DNA from: Candidatus Gottesmanbacteria bacterium
Lineage (GTDB): Bacteria > Patescibacteriota > Microgenomatia > UBA10105 > UBA927
Assembly: GCA_016218215.1 (NCBI GenBank)
Contig: JACREM010000069.1
Location: 1 to 58,866 of the forward strand
DNA length: 58,866 nt
Reading direction: 5' to 3'
Each line of letters starts with the position of its first letter. Position 1 is the stretch's first letter. Of this stretch, positions 20,423 through 29,796 are shown one piece after another. Position numbers and translations under genes: made by a program. The notes under the pieces are model-generated. The model saw only the letters and a list, made by a program, of their open reading frames with translations, searched no databases and had not been told where the DNA came from.

Positions 20423-21199
20423 ATGATCGAAGAGAAAGTTACTATTGCAAACGAGAAAGGATTGAAGTTGGTTGGGGTTTTGCACCTACCCACTGGAAGA
20501 AAACGATGTCCCGCCGTTATTAATCTTCATGGCTTTACAGGGTATAAGGAAGAGGAAAATAGTAGTTCCTTAGCACGTGACCTAGCTTCAAAAGGGTATG
20601 TTGTCATTCGATTTGACGCTTCAGGAGATGGTGAAAGCGAAGGGACGCTTTCTGATGATTACCGGATGACAAATTATCTTTCAGATATTGATAGTGTGTA
20701 TCAATATCTAATCCATCATCCGTGCGTTGATCCAGAAAAGATAGGAGTATGGGGACATAGTATGGGAGCGACATTGTCTCTTATATGGGGAAGTATGCAT
20801 AATGAAATAAAAGTAATTTGTGCAGTGTCTCCGCCTATAGAGCTTGGATCGACTGATTGGCTTGGACCAAGGCTTGAATCCTGGAAAAGAACGGGGTGGT
20901 TTTCAAAAATTAGCTCAAATGGAAATATTGAAAAACGAATACCATGGGCATTTGTGGAAGATGCACGTAAATATAACGTTTTAAAATTTGTTCAGGGTGT
21001 GAAGAGTCCAACTATGATAGTCCTTGGACTTTCGGATGATACAGTTCCTCCCGAACAATCAAGAAAAATATATCGACGCCTCACATGCAAAAAGGAGCTT
21101 ATTGAAGTCGAAGGAATGAGCCATGATTACAAAAAATTTCCTGACCAAGTTTTGAAGGTAAATGAAAAAGTACTTCCGTTTTTTCGGCAATTTTTATAG
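20423..21199 (+). CDS. Alpha/beta hydrolase
   Basis: 'LHGFTG', nucleophile elbow 'GHSMG', 'DDTVP', C-terminal His. Confidence 0.9.
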   Translation: MIEEKVTIANEKGLKLVGVLHLPTGRKRCPAVINLHGFTGYKEEENSSSLARDLASKGYVVIRFDASGDGESEGTLSDDYRMTNYLSDIDSVYQYLIHHPCVDPEKIGVWGHSMGATLSLIWGSMHNEIKVICAVSPPIELGSTDWLGPRLESWKRTGWFSKISSNGNIEKRIPWAFVEDARKYNVLKFVQGVKSPTMIVLGLSDDTVPPEQSRKIYRRLTCKKELIEVEGMSHDYKKFPDQVLKVNEKVLPFFRQFL

Positions 21200-21242
21200 G
21201 ATTTGTTTGAGCTTGTTCTCCTGTGCTATGATTGTAGGCGCT

Positions 21243-22124
21243 ATGAAGCGAAAAGTTATTTTCCTTGCGATTCTTGTCCTTCTCTTTTTTTTCGCGATTC
21301 TCCTCGTAAAATACGTCATAGGACGAACGCCTAAACAGGGTGTTTTGAAAGTCCAAAGTGTACCTCAGGCAAGCGTATTTCTTGATAATAAGCACATCGG
21401 GAGAACTCCATATGAAGATAAAGTTGAGGAGGGACAATATACGATAAAAATTGTTCCGGATGAATCAATTCAATCACTCGCCGCATGGCAGGCAAATATC
21501 CGAATTTCCCCAAATACACTTACCTATGTCAATCGTGATCTATCAGACTCTGAGCTCACGTCTGCAGGAGATGTGCTGTGGCTTGAAAAAATATCGAGCA
21601 AGCAATCAGAAATTTCTGTCACCACGATTCCGGACGGCTCATCGCTTCTTTTAGATACTGGGGGAAAAAGTGTCACGCCAATCCTTCTTCAAAATATCAC
21701 CCCCGGAGATCACACACTCACTGTTTCTTCCCCCGGGTTTTTGACACGGACGCTCAAAATTCGGACTACCGGTGGGTATAAACTTATAGCGACCTTGCAG
21801 CTTGCTTTATCTGCTACAGGACCCTCAGAAGCGACTTCATCTTCACAGGTGGTTTCGCCCACTCCGACTCTATCCCAAGGGAAACAGGCTTCTGGGTCCG
21901 GGAGCGTGAAAGATCCACTCCGACCATATATAGTTGTGAAAGAAACACCGACCGGGTACCTTCGGGTTCGCATGGAGCCTACTACCAGTGCGACTGAAGC
22001 GGCTCGGGTAAAGCCCGGAGATAAATTTTCTATCTTGTCTTCCAAAACCGGGTGGTATCAGATAACGTTTGAAGAAGGAAAAAAAGGCTGGGTGTCTGGA
22101 CAATATGCGGAAAAAGTTGAGTAG
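21243..22124 (+). CDS. PEGA-domain + SH3b-domain membrane-anchored protein
   Basis: 'SVPQASVFLD...GRTP', second PEGA-like repeat, 'LRVR..P...GWYQI...KGWVS.QY'. Confidence 0.85.
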   Translation: MKRKVIFLAILVLLFFFAILLVKYVIGRTPKQGVLKVQSVPQASVFLDNKHIGRTPYEDKVEEGQYTIKIVPDESIQSLAAWQANIRISPNTLTYVNRDLSDSELTSAGDVLWLEKISSKQSEISVTTIPDGSSLLLDTGGKSVTPILLQNITPGDHTLTVSSPGFLTRTLKIRTTGGYKLIATLQLALSATGPSEATSSSQVVSPTPTLSQGKQASGSGSVKDPLRPYIVVKETPTGYLRVRMEPTTSATEAARVKPGDKFSILSSKTGWYQITFEEGKKGWVSGQYAEKVE

Positions 22125-22133
22125 TTTTTTACT

Positions 22134-22796
22134 TTAAAGCCTCAAAGATTCAAGGAGTATGATAAGCGTTCCGACGCACCAATGAGTGATAATGAGCGTA
22201 TAGATATTTCTATATTTTAGAAAATTACTCGATAAGATAAGTCCCAGAAAAAATGTACCGATGAGTATAGAGATGCCGCCATGCATATACGGGGTATGAA
22301 TAAGCATGAAGATAAGCGAGCAATAGAGGCAAAGAAATATTTTATTTTCCGTAACATAGGTAAGCCTTGTAAGATAGAATCCAAAAAATATAATTTCCTG
22401 AAGTGGAACTGAGAGCAGGACATAATATGCTATGCCAAACGGAAGCGGTATAAACGCTGTTTCATTGAGCATTTCTTTCAATGCGCTAAACGAAGGGACT
22501 GTGAAGTAGATGAAAAGAATGGAGAGAATATACAGTATCGCTGGCGGAAGTATTGATTTCATGCTTTCGGAAAATAATCTCTTTTGCAATCCGAGTGCTT
22601 TTACGGATATATTTAATTTATGCATGACGACCGCGATATACCCGAGACTTGCAAACATGATAAACGTTCGAAAGAGCATAATTTTTGGAATAAATAATAT
22701 GAGAAGGAGTGGGAGAAAGATAAGATACGTTGTTTCTACGAGAAGAAAGATAGGGCTTTTAAAAAGTTTGGGAGGTGAAATTTTCATACATTTCAT
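22134..22796 (-). CDS. CPBP (Abi/CAAX type II) intramembrane protease
   Basis: 'QEIIFFG', 'FMLIH', 'IITHW' motifs; polytopic; first Glu of the EE pair replaced by Gln. Confidence 0.75.
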   Translation of the reverse strand: MKCMKISPPKLFKSPIFLLVETTYLIFLPLLLILFIPKIMLFRTFIMFASLGYIAVVMHKLNISVKALGLQKRLFSESMKSILPPAILYILSILFIYFTVPSFSALKEMLNETAFIPLPFGIAYYVLLSVPLQEIIFFGFYLTRLTYVTENKIFLCLYCSLIFMLIHTPYMHGGISILIGTFFLGLILSSNFLKYRNIYTLIITHWCVGTLIILLESLRL

Positions 22797-23731
22797 CCAC
22801 CGATGCCGTAAATAACGACGAGGATTAATCCCGCCCAGAGGATAACCGTCAAAAGGAGCGGAAGATCTGAAGTGAGAATTTTTTCAGGTGATTCTCCTTT
22901 TCCTTCGTAAATAAGCTGCATATACCGCATGATGCCAAAAAGGACAAATGGGATGGTAATCATCATCCATTTTCTGTCGGGTAGATCCGGTGCAAAATCA
23001 TAGTATGAGCGAAGGAAAAATCCCCGGTTTGTTGGTTTTTCAAGAAATGTATAAAAGGCGTAGGTAATAAACGTAGAATTTGCAAACATTGCGGTATACG
23101 TGTCGAGTAATTTTTCTGAGTAGTGAGATAAGCTTTCCCGGGTGTCGCGCGGAATGACGCCGCTATATCCCTGTAAAAGTGTAAGTTCTGCCCGTCGTTT
23201 TCCGATAGCCAAAAATAATGCTAAGGATAAAGCGGCAAGCGCAAGCCAGATCGAGATATGAAATCCAGTTGCAGCCTCTCCGGCGTATACACGAAGAAAA
23301 TACGCGGTAGTGATGGTAAGAATATCTATAACAGTGATGTGTTTTAAGAAGAGCGAATATGAATACTCCAGGACGATAAATAGAACAGAAATAAAGAAAA
23401 ATGACTGACTGATCGTGGAGCTAATTTTTAACCCCAGGCCGAGAAATACAAGCGACGTTGTAAGTGCAAGCGCTGGTGACAGGAGCCTGCTGGCCACCGG
23501 ACGAAATTTTTTGAACGGGTGTTTTCGGTCTTTTGGCGCATCGAGGATATCATTAAAAATATAATTTGATGACGACAAGAGACAAAAAGAAATAAATGCC
23601 CAGAGAGTAGGTGTAAGTACCTTTGGTTCTAAGACATGACCGGTAAAGAGAATCGTGGTAAAGACAGCGAGATTTTTTAACCACTGTCTTGGTCGTGCTG
23701 TTTTGAGAATTGCGTAAAGAAGTTTACCCAT
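22793..23731 (-). CDS. UbiA-family polyprenyl-phosphate phosphoribosyltransferase (DPPR synthase-like)
   Basis: 'RPRQWLKN', 'NDILDAPKDRKHPFKKFRPVAS', 'KRRAEL', 'GESPE'. Confidence 0.85.
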   Translation of the reverse strand: MGKLLYAILKTARPRQWLKNLAVFTTILFTGHVLEPKVLTPTLWAFISFCLLSSSNYIFNDILDAPKDRKHPFKKFRPVASRLLSPALALTTSLVFLGLGLKISSTISQSFFFISVLFIVLEYSYSLFLKHITVIDILTITTAYFLRVYAGEAATGFHISIWLALAALSLALFLAIGKRRAELTLLQGYSGVIPRDTRESLSHYSEKLLDTYTAMFANSTFITYAFYTFLEKPTNRGFFLRSYYDFAPDLPDRKWMMITIPFVLFGIMRYMQLIYEGKGESPEKILTSDLPLLLTVILWAGLILVVIYGIGG

Positions 23732-24756
23732 AGGAGAAACCCTCCAACTGCGACCATCACAAGCAGAAACGTAAACACTTTTTCTTTACTTGTTACAGTA
23801 AGAGCGATTGATCCCAGTATAGCTGACACTATCCAGTAAAACAAGGCAATTCTTCTCTTTCCCCACCCGAGATCCAGAAGTCTGTGGTGCAGGTGTCCTC
23901 TGTCTGCTAGTACCGGAAGTTTTTTTGATCCAATCCGTCGGATGAGCGTATAGACTGCGTCAATCATAGGAACACCCAATACCAACAGCGCCGTGCCGAC
24001 CTTTGCGTATGAGAGAATACCGATGAGAGCCAAGAGAAATCCGGCAAGTGTTTTCCCTCCATACCCTGGCATGATTTTTTGTGGATAAAAGTTCCATGGA
24101 AGAAATCCAAAAAAAGCGCCTGCCGTGATAAATGCAAGCGTGGTGACAAACGATTGGGTTGGATCTTGAATGCTAAATCTCATTGAAAGAAGACCTAGGA
24201 CGACAGCGCTAATCGTGACAAAGCCTGGCATTTGTCCATCAACTCCCGCAGACCATCCGATGATATTCATCGTCCACATAATCCAAAGAAGTGCAAAAAG
24301 ATCAGCAAGGATAATGATGGTATGAATACCAAACAAAGGAAAAGAGTAGGTCCATATTGAAAGATCGATAATGCCACCAGTGAATGGGTTGGTAATATAG
24401 GGAATTCCGACTCCTACGCCGATGACGATGAGGGAAGCGACTAAGTTTGTTCCGAGTCTTATGTAGGGGTGAATGTCTTTTTTGTCATCCAACAGTCCAA
24501 CGATAATAAGAATGGAGGATGCACCAAGGATTGCCCACGTGCGTACAGTAAGCGGAAGAAAAAGAATGGTTGAAACGAAAAGACCAATAAATATTGCGAG
24601 TCCTCCGGCCCTTGGGATAATGCCTTTGTGTACATGAGCCGGGTGAAAGCGTTTTTTTGGATCGTCTACCAGATCATATTTTTTGGCAAAACGGATAATG
24701 ACAGGGGTGATGAAAAGAGTGGTAAGAAATGCGATAAGAAAGGGAATATACGGCAT
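23677..24756 (-). CDS. MraY/WecA(TagO)-family polyprenyl-phosphate HexNAc-1-P transferase
   Basis: 'PRAGGLA', 'GLLDD', 'WNFYPQKI', 'DRGHLHHRL'. Confidence 0.88.
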   Translation of the reverse strand: MPYIPFLIAFLTTLFITPVIIRFAKKYDLVDDPKKRFHPAHVHKGIIPRAGGLAIFIGLFVSTILFLPLTVRTWAILGASSILIIVGLLDDKKDIHPYIRLGTNLVASLIVIGVGVGIPYITNPFTGGIIDLSIWTYSFPLFGIHTIIILADLFALLWIMWTMNIIGWSAGVDGQMPGFVTISAVVLGLLSMRFSIQDPTQSFVTTLAFITAGAFFGFLPWNFYPQKIMPGYGGKTLAGFLLALIGILSYAKVGTALLVLGVPMIDAVYTLIRRIGSKKLPVLADRGHLHHRLLDLGWGKRRIALFYWIVSAILGSIALTVTSKEKVFTFLLVMVAVGGFLLWVNFFTQFSKQHDQDSG

Positions 24757-24771
24757 ACTTCTTTTGCTCAG

Positions 24772-25158
24772 TTATGTTACGAGTGAAATGATACTCAATA
24801 TAACAACGCACGAGAAAAGACTGACAACAAATGATGTGAGAGATAAAATTTGTGCAAAGATGAGGTGCTCCCGTGTGCTATAAACACTTGTAAGTATTGC
24901 AGCTATTTGCCAGATGAAGCTTCCTACCGGAAGAATGACGAGCCAGAAGGATTTTTCCAATTGTTCATCTCCCCATGGAAGCGAATACCAAAGGGGTACC
25001 ATTGGAGGAAGTTTTTTCCATACGACGAAAAAAGCTATACATTGAACTGCAATGAGAATAAAAGAGAGCTTCATAGAAATATTGATGACCCAATTTTTGT
25101 TAAGAGTAGTCCATGTTTCGCGAATAAATGAAGCTCGGTGTTTGAGCGAAATAGTCAT
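24772..25158 (-). CDS. Small membrane protein (DUF1648-like)
   Basis: 'LPPMVPLWYS.PWG..QL' between TM helices. Confidence 0.6.
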   Translation of the reverse strand: MTISLKHRASFIRETWTTLNKNWVINISMKLSFILIAVQCIAFFVVWKKLPPMVPLWYSLPWGDEQLEKSFWLVILPVGSFIWQIAAILTSVYSTREHLIFAQILSLTSFVVSLFSCVVILSIISLVT

Positions 25159-25159
25159 G

Positions 25160-26518
25160 TTATTTTTTTAGTTTTAGGGCAGTCGTCTGTATCGGTGATC
25201 TGTACATAAGCGTGTATGACCCATCTTCGTGGACCAGGAATGCCCGCGTCGGATAGAGAGGCAGATCACGGGCCATCTGCGATGGTTTTACGAGAGAGTC
25301 TCCAACGTACCATGGAAAAGCTGATTCATCCGGATTATACAGATACACAGACTCTGGATGGGTGCTATAGTATATCGTTTCAAAAAATATAAGCGGAGAA
25401 GTTGCAAATACAACATCTGACGGTTTTTTTAATGAATTTATTTGCGTGATAGTATCGCGGATGGGAAGCTTTGGGTGTAGCGGAGGATACCATATATTTA
25501 CCCAGAGTAAAAATCCCACATAGAGTGCCGAGAGGAGCACTTGGACTGATTTATTTTTGATCATCTCCAGTACAGAGACGACAAGAAATATTTCTCCGAA
25601 TGTTACAGGCAGAAAATAGCGGTTTGTAAACATTGGTTTAACGAGAAGTGAAAATCCAAGAACAAGCGTTAAAGGTGCAGCAACCAGTAAAAGAATAAAA
25701 AGATTCGTTTTTCTCTGATGCTTTGAAATGAGTAGGATCGCCATAAGTCCTAGAAGAACAAGAGATCCGAATGCTGTCCATCCCCAGAGATACCAGGGTG
25801 TTCCTTCATACCCAAGAAACATATTTCCAAGTACGGAAGTAATCAGGTGCAGGTCAACGGGAAAATACCAGGAAGAGGAGAGTTTTGAAATATGTGAAGA
25901 AGACACAATGATCCAGGGGAGCATACAAAGGCTCACAAGTGCGATGCTTTGTATGTATTTTTGTTGAAATACGTGTTTTAGAGAAATATGTCTGTATTCG
26001 GTGATCAGAAAATGAAGCGTCGTTACGATCGGGAAAAAAATCATGTACACATGGGTATAAAATCCCAAGATTGTGGCTGTGGTAAAAATGATCCATTTTT
26101 TTTCAAGATATCCGTATAAAGCAAGAGCAATAAACGCCATGAACCATCCGTACGCGCGAGCTTCAAACGCGTAATAGAGAAGCATCGGATTTAATATAAA
26201 CGTAAGAGGGGTGACCCATGAGAGAAAATGTTTTCCAAATCGTTTTTCAGACCAAACAACGACAACAGAGCATGCGATGAGAAATCCTACAAGCGAGAGC
26301 GATCGCACCGCGACTTCGCTTGTGCCGAAGAGTTTGATCCAAAAATGAAGAAGTATGTAGTATAAAGGAGGCTCAAACGTGAGCGTCGGGAGGAAGTGTA
26401 AAAGCGGTTCTTTCGCGGCAAGAATAGAGAATGCTTCATCGCGCCAAATACTTTGGGTAAGGTAGAGAAGCGGCGTATGTGACAAAAGAAATTGAAAGGC
26501 GGAAACAACAAGAGACAT
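25160..26518 (-). CDS. GT-C fold (PMT/GT39/83-like) membrane glycosyltransferase
   Basis: 'SIWRDEAFS', 'PPLYY.LLH.W..LFG.SE...RSLS', 'EARAY'. Confidence 0.85.
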   Translation of the reverse strand: MSLVVSAFQFLLSHTPLLYLTQSIWRDEAFSILAAKEPLLHFLPTLTFEPPLYYILLHFWIKLFGTSEVAVRSLSLVGFLIACSVVVVWSEKRFGKHFLSWVTPLTFILNPMLLYYAFEARAYGWFMAFIALALYGYLEKKWIIFTTATILGFYTHVYMIFFPIVTTLHFLITEYRHISLKHVFQQKYIQSIALVSLCMLPWIIVSSSHISKLSSSWYFPVDLHLITSVLGNMFLGYEGTPWYLWGWTAFGSLVLLGLMAILLISKHQRKTNLFILLLVAAPLTLVLGFSLLVKPMFTNRYFLPVTFGEIFLVVSVLEMIKNKSVQVLLSALYVGFLLWVNIWYPPLHPKLPIRDTITQINSLKKPSDVVFATSPLIFFETIYYSTHPESVYLYNPDESAFPWYVGDSLVKPSQMARDLPLYPTRAFLVHEDGSYTLMYRSPIQTTALKLKK

Positions 26519-26593
26519 ACGCGTTTATTATACCGCTTTCATCCCCCTTCGCGAAGTACTCGCTTCGGCGGGATTCCGCAAGATTAAATAGCT

Positions 26594-28075
26594 TCAAATT
26601 TTTTCTGTTACTCTATATTCAAGTCGTTTGCCAAACAGGAGTCTCGTATGAGCGTCGAGCCCTGGGAGAGCGCTTAGGAAAAAAGAGATGAATGGGAGCG
26701 TCAGCCATTGAAGGTAAAAAAACGGCAGTTTCCAAGTGGCAAAATCCTTTGGTTTCGGCGGTTTTATTTTCCAATCAATGTAAAAGATGACCAACAAAAA
26801 GAGTGTTGAAAGCGTGAGGATTCCGGATGATATTTTTGGGATATTATGACCCAATACCGTGCGGCCGAACGCAGGATTTATAAGTGTCGGGATAGTACTG
26901 CCGATCGTCAGGACAAACCAATTTGCCGGCCAGAATATATGATGTTCAAGTATTTGGATAAGTCGACGAAGCCGGTCTTTTAGAGGAATTTCCGGGTGGG
27001 TCAGGATCCCTCGGATGATGAATGGAACGTCAGATACTCCCCATGCCCAGCGTTTAGACTGTTCATATTGATTGATCATGGTTTTAAAGAACCCATGACT
27101 CTCCGCAGCGTCTACGTACACAGGCAAGAAGATGCCTTTCGTCGAGACTTTTTCTCCAAGAGAAAAATATACAGTGAAAAAAAGATGATAGTCTTCAGGA
27201 ATGACGTCTACGCCCCAGTATCCTGCTGATACTGCTGTTTTAAAAGAAAGTGAGTATGTAGAAAAATTTATGAGTTTATCTTGTTCGGATAACACTGCAA
27301 GATTCCAGATACTGTTTAACGTGTTTAAGAATTTATTTGGAAGCGGGAGTCTCCAGATATTTGAGTAGAAAAGAATCGCTCCTTGATAAAAGTGATAGTA
27401 TCGGTCTGGATCACTTAAAAAGTGATACGAAAAACAGGCAAAATATTTTGGGTGTAAAAATGCATCGGCGTCGCAGGAGGTCACCGTGACATGTTCTAGT
27501 GAAATGCGCCATTGCTTGAGTTTTCCCATGGCTGCTCGGGCCGCATATGCCATATTGGATGATTTTCCTGCTATTTCGCCTGGTACGAGAGGATGAGACG
27601 TGACGAGGAATTTGCCGAACATATTTCCGAATTTACGCTTCAATATATCTGACGCTTGCTTTGCGTCTGTATCTTTTTCTTCAGTTGCAAGGACTATCAT
27701 GAGATGGTCAAGAGGGTAGTCTTGTTTTGTCAGATTTAAAATGGTTCGCTCAAGGATATGAATCGGTTCTTTGTACTCCGGAATAATGATAATGTGATGC
27801 AGTTTTTGAAAATCTGGCACTGTTTTTGCTTTTGTAAGCCAATCGATTTGAATATGAGCGATCATTTTGACATACGACCTGAGAGCATTGAGCGCTGAGA
27901 CAGAAGATTTTGATAACCAGTACACGTCGAAAAGAATAACGAGATATGCGACGAATGCCGGATGAGAGAGAGATAACCATGCGGGCATAGTGATAAGAGA
28001 CCAGGACATGAGCGGCACGAGTATCTCAAATAACCGTTGGAACGTTCGGGGGTACTTTTCGTAGAGTTGGCGCAT
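26594..28075 (-). CDS. Membrane GT2 glycosyltransferase (processive-type motifs)
   Basis: 'DAD', 'PED', 'QSKRW' (D,D,D,QxxRW); N- and C-terminal TMs. Confidence 0.85.
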   Translation of the reverse strand: MRQLYEKYPRTFQRLFEILVPLMSWSLITMPAWLSLSHPAFVAYLVILFDVYWLSKSSVSALNALRSYVKMIAHIQIDWLTKAKTVPDFQKLHHIIIIPEYKEPIHILERTILNLTKQDYPLDHLMIVLATEEKDTDAKQASDILKRKFGNMFGKFLVTSHPLVPGEIAGKSSNMAYAARAAMGKLKQWRISLEHVTVTSCDADAFLHPKYFACFSYHFLSDPDRYYHFYQGAILFYSNIWRLPLPNKFLNTLNSIWNLAVLSEQDKLINFSTYSLSFKTAVSAGYWGVDVIPEDYHLFFTVYFSLGEKVSTKGIFLPVYVDAAESHGFFKTMINQYEQSKRWAWGVSDVPFIIRGILTHPEIPLKDRLRRLIQILEHHIFWPANWFVLTIGSTIPTLINPAFGRTVLGHNIPKISSGILTLSTLFLLVIFYIDWKIKPPKPKDFATWKLPFFYLQWLTLPFISFFLSALPGLDAHTRLLFGKRLEYRVTEKI

Positions 28076-28103
28076 AAATACCTGCTAATTATAGCACAGA
28101 AGA

Positions 28104-28799
28104 CTAACGAATGTCGGGAAAACCGACTACGTCTGCGCGATGTTGCAATAGATAATAATAGTTTGCCTTGATATATCTTGGGATGATTCCAATGCCTTCA
28201 TTTCCTCTTCTTCCGGAAGAGATAACAACGAGATTTTTATTAAATACCACTTTGCCGACGGTTTTGAGTCTTCGTGCTATTTCTATATCTTCAGCAATTT
28301 TAAAATTTTTCGGAAAGCCTCCAACTTGCATTGCTTTTTCTTTCCAGAATGCAATATTTTGACCCGGTGCCATCGGGATACCGAACCATGACAAAATCAA
28401 ATTCAGAGTAGGTTGTATGAAATTTATAAAAACTCGATACGCCAACGGCCCGTCTGGAACTCGGTAAATTCCATAAACACATGACACATTTGGTTTTAAT
28501 AACGATTTTTCAATTTTTGACAACCAATCATAGGGTACTTCGGTGTCTGCGTCAGTAAAAGCTACAATGTCACCCTTGGCTTTTTCAAGGCCTATCTGTC
28601 TTGCGTATCCGATACCTCGATGTTCAACAGTTTCAACGATTGCATTTTTTCCTTTGGCTACTTTTGCCGTCCCGTCTGTCGATTTTCCATCAATAACAAT
28701 GATTTCATCTGGCTTTCTGTCCAGTTTCCAAAGAGAGTCAATAGTCCTGGGAAGAAATTTTTCTTCGTTGTATGCGGGAATGACGACTGAGATGGTCAT
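28104..28799 (-). CDS. GT2 glycosyltransferase
   Basis: 'ISVVIPAYNEE', 'DGKSTDGT', 'FTDAD', 'AED'. Confidence 0.9.
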   Translation of the reverse strand: MTISVVIPAYNEEKFLPRTIDSLWKLDRKPDEIIVIDGKSTDGTAKVAKGKNAIVETVEHRGIGYARQIGLEKAKGDIVAFTDADTEVPYDWLSKIEKSLLKPNVSCVYGIYRVPDGPLAYRVFINFIQPTLNLILSWFGIPMAPGQNIAFWKEKAMQVGGFPKNFKIAEDIEIARRLKTVGKVVFNKNLVVISSGRRGNEGIGIIPRYIKANYYYLLQHRADVVGFPDIR

Positions 28800-28897
28800 A
28801 CGTATATAATAATCCCTGCCTGAGCAGGCGGGCAATAATCAAATTATCTCCTGCAAAGCAGGATCTGGCTCCGCCAGACAATAAACAAATAAATTGA

Positions 28898-29725
28898 TCA
28901 AGTATTTATATGAAATAATTTTTTGGCGTTTAATGTTGTTTGATTTTCTATCATGGATTCTGGCTCGTGTATTAAGGAAGATATTGTTTTTGCAATAAGT
29001 GGAATATATTTTGGTTCGTTCCGTTCTCCACGATGAGGTTCTGGAGTAAGATACGGAGCATCTGTTTCGAGGAGTAATGTATCTAGACGCATAGACGGAA
29101 GAATCGATTGTATATGCTTTGTGTAGGTGATATTTCCGTCAACACCGAAGTATAAATTTCGTTCAGTTGCCATTCTCATATCCTGAAGTCCTCCGGAAAA
29201 ACAGTGGATGACACCCAGTGGCATTTTGGGAAGCGCATCGAGTACCGAAAAAAGATCCTCGAACGCATCGCGGCAGTGAATGATGGCTGGAAGGCCGTAT
29301 TTTATGGCAAGGAGTAGTTGATCTTCGAATAAATGTTTCTGTTGGTCTTTTTTGCCATCTGCTTTTTCGCTTTTGAATTTGTGGTAATCCAATCCGCATT
29401 CGCCGATAGCGATAATTGTCCCCACTTCGCTTCTCGCTACGCTTAAGCTACGCGGGGTAAACTTTGTACCCTGGTATTTTTTTAGTAACAACTCGAGGTC
29501 GTGGGTGTCGGGGGATTTGTTGGCTTCGTACGGGTGATATCCGATGCTTGCAAAAAGGGACTGCGGTTGTGTAAGCGCAATGTCTATGGCTTTTTGAGAA
29601 AAATAAAGGTTAACTCCCGGGATGATAATTCTTTTTACTCCTGTTTTTTTTGCATTGCCGATTACAGAAACTACGTCTGTATTAAATTCAGGAAGATTGA
29701 GATGACAGTGAGTATCGATGTACAT
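28898..29725 (-). CDS. tatD: TatD-family DNase
   Basis: 'IDTHCHL', 'GYHP', 'IGECGLDY', 'IHCR', 'HCFSG', 'LETDAPYL'. Confidence 0.92.
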   Translation of the reverse strand: MYIDTHCHLNLPEFNTDVVSVIGNAKKTGVKRIIIPGVNLYFSQKAIDIALTQPQSLFASIGYHPYEANKSPDTHDLELLLKKYQGTKFTPRSLSVARSEVGTIIAIGECGLDYHKFKSEKADGKKDQQKHLFEDQLLLAIKYGLPAIIHCRDAFEDLFSVLDALPKMPLGVIHCFSGGLQDMRMATERNLYFGVDGNITYTKHIQSILPSMRLDTLLLETDAPYLTPEPHRGERNEPKYIPLIAKTISSLIHEPESMIENQTTLNAKKLFHINT

Positions 29726-29730
29726 GATAG

Positions 29731-29790
29731 AAATATCAAAAATCAAATATTAAATATCAAAAAATACAGATTTAAAATCAAAAAATATTA
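29731..29790. repeat. Degenerate AAAWATC heptamer array between metG and tatD
   Basis: aaatatc aaaaatc aaatatt aaatatc ... taaaatc. Confidence 0.8.
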
Positions 29791-29796
29791 GCAATA

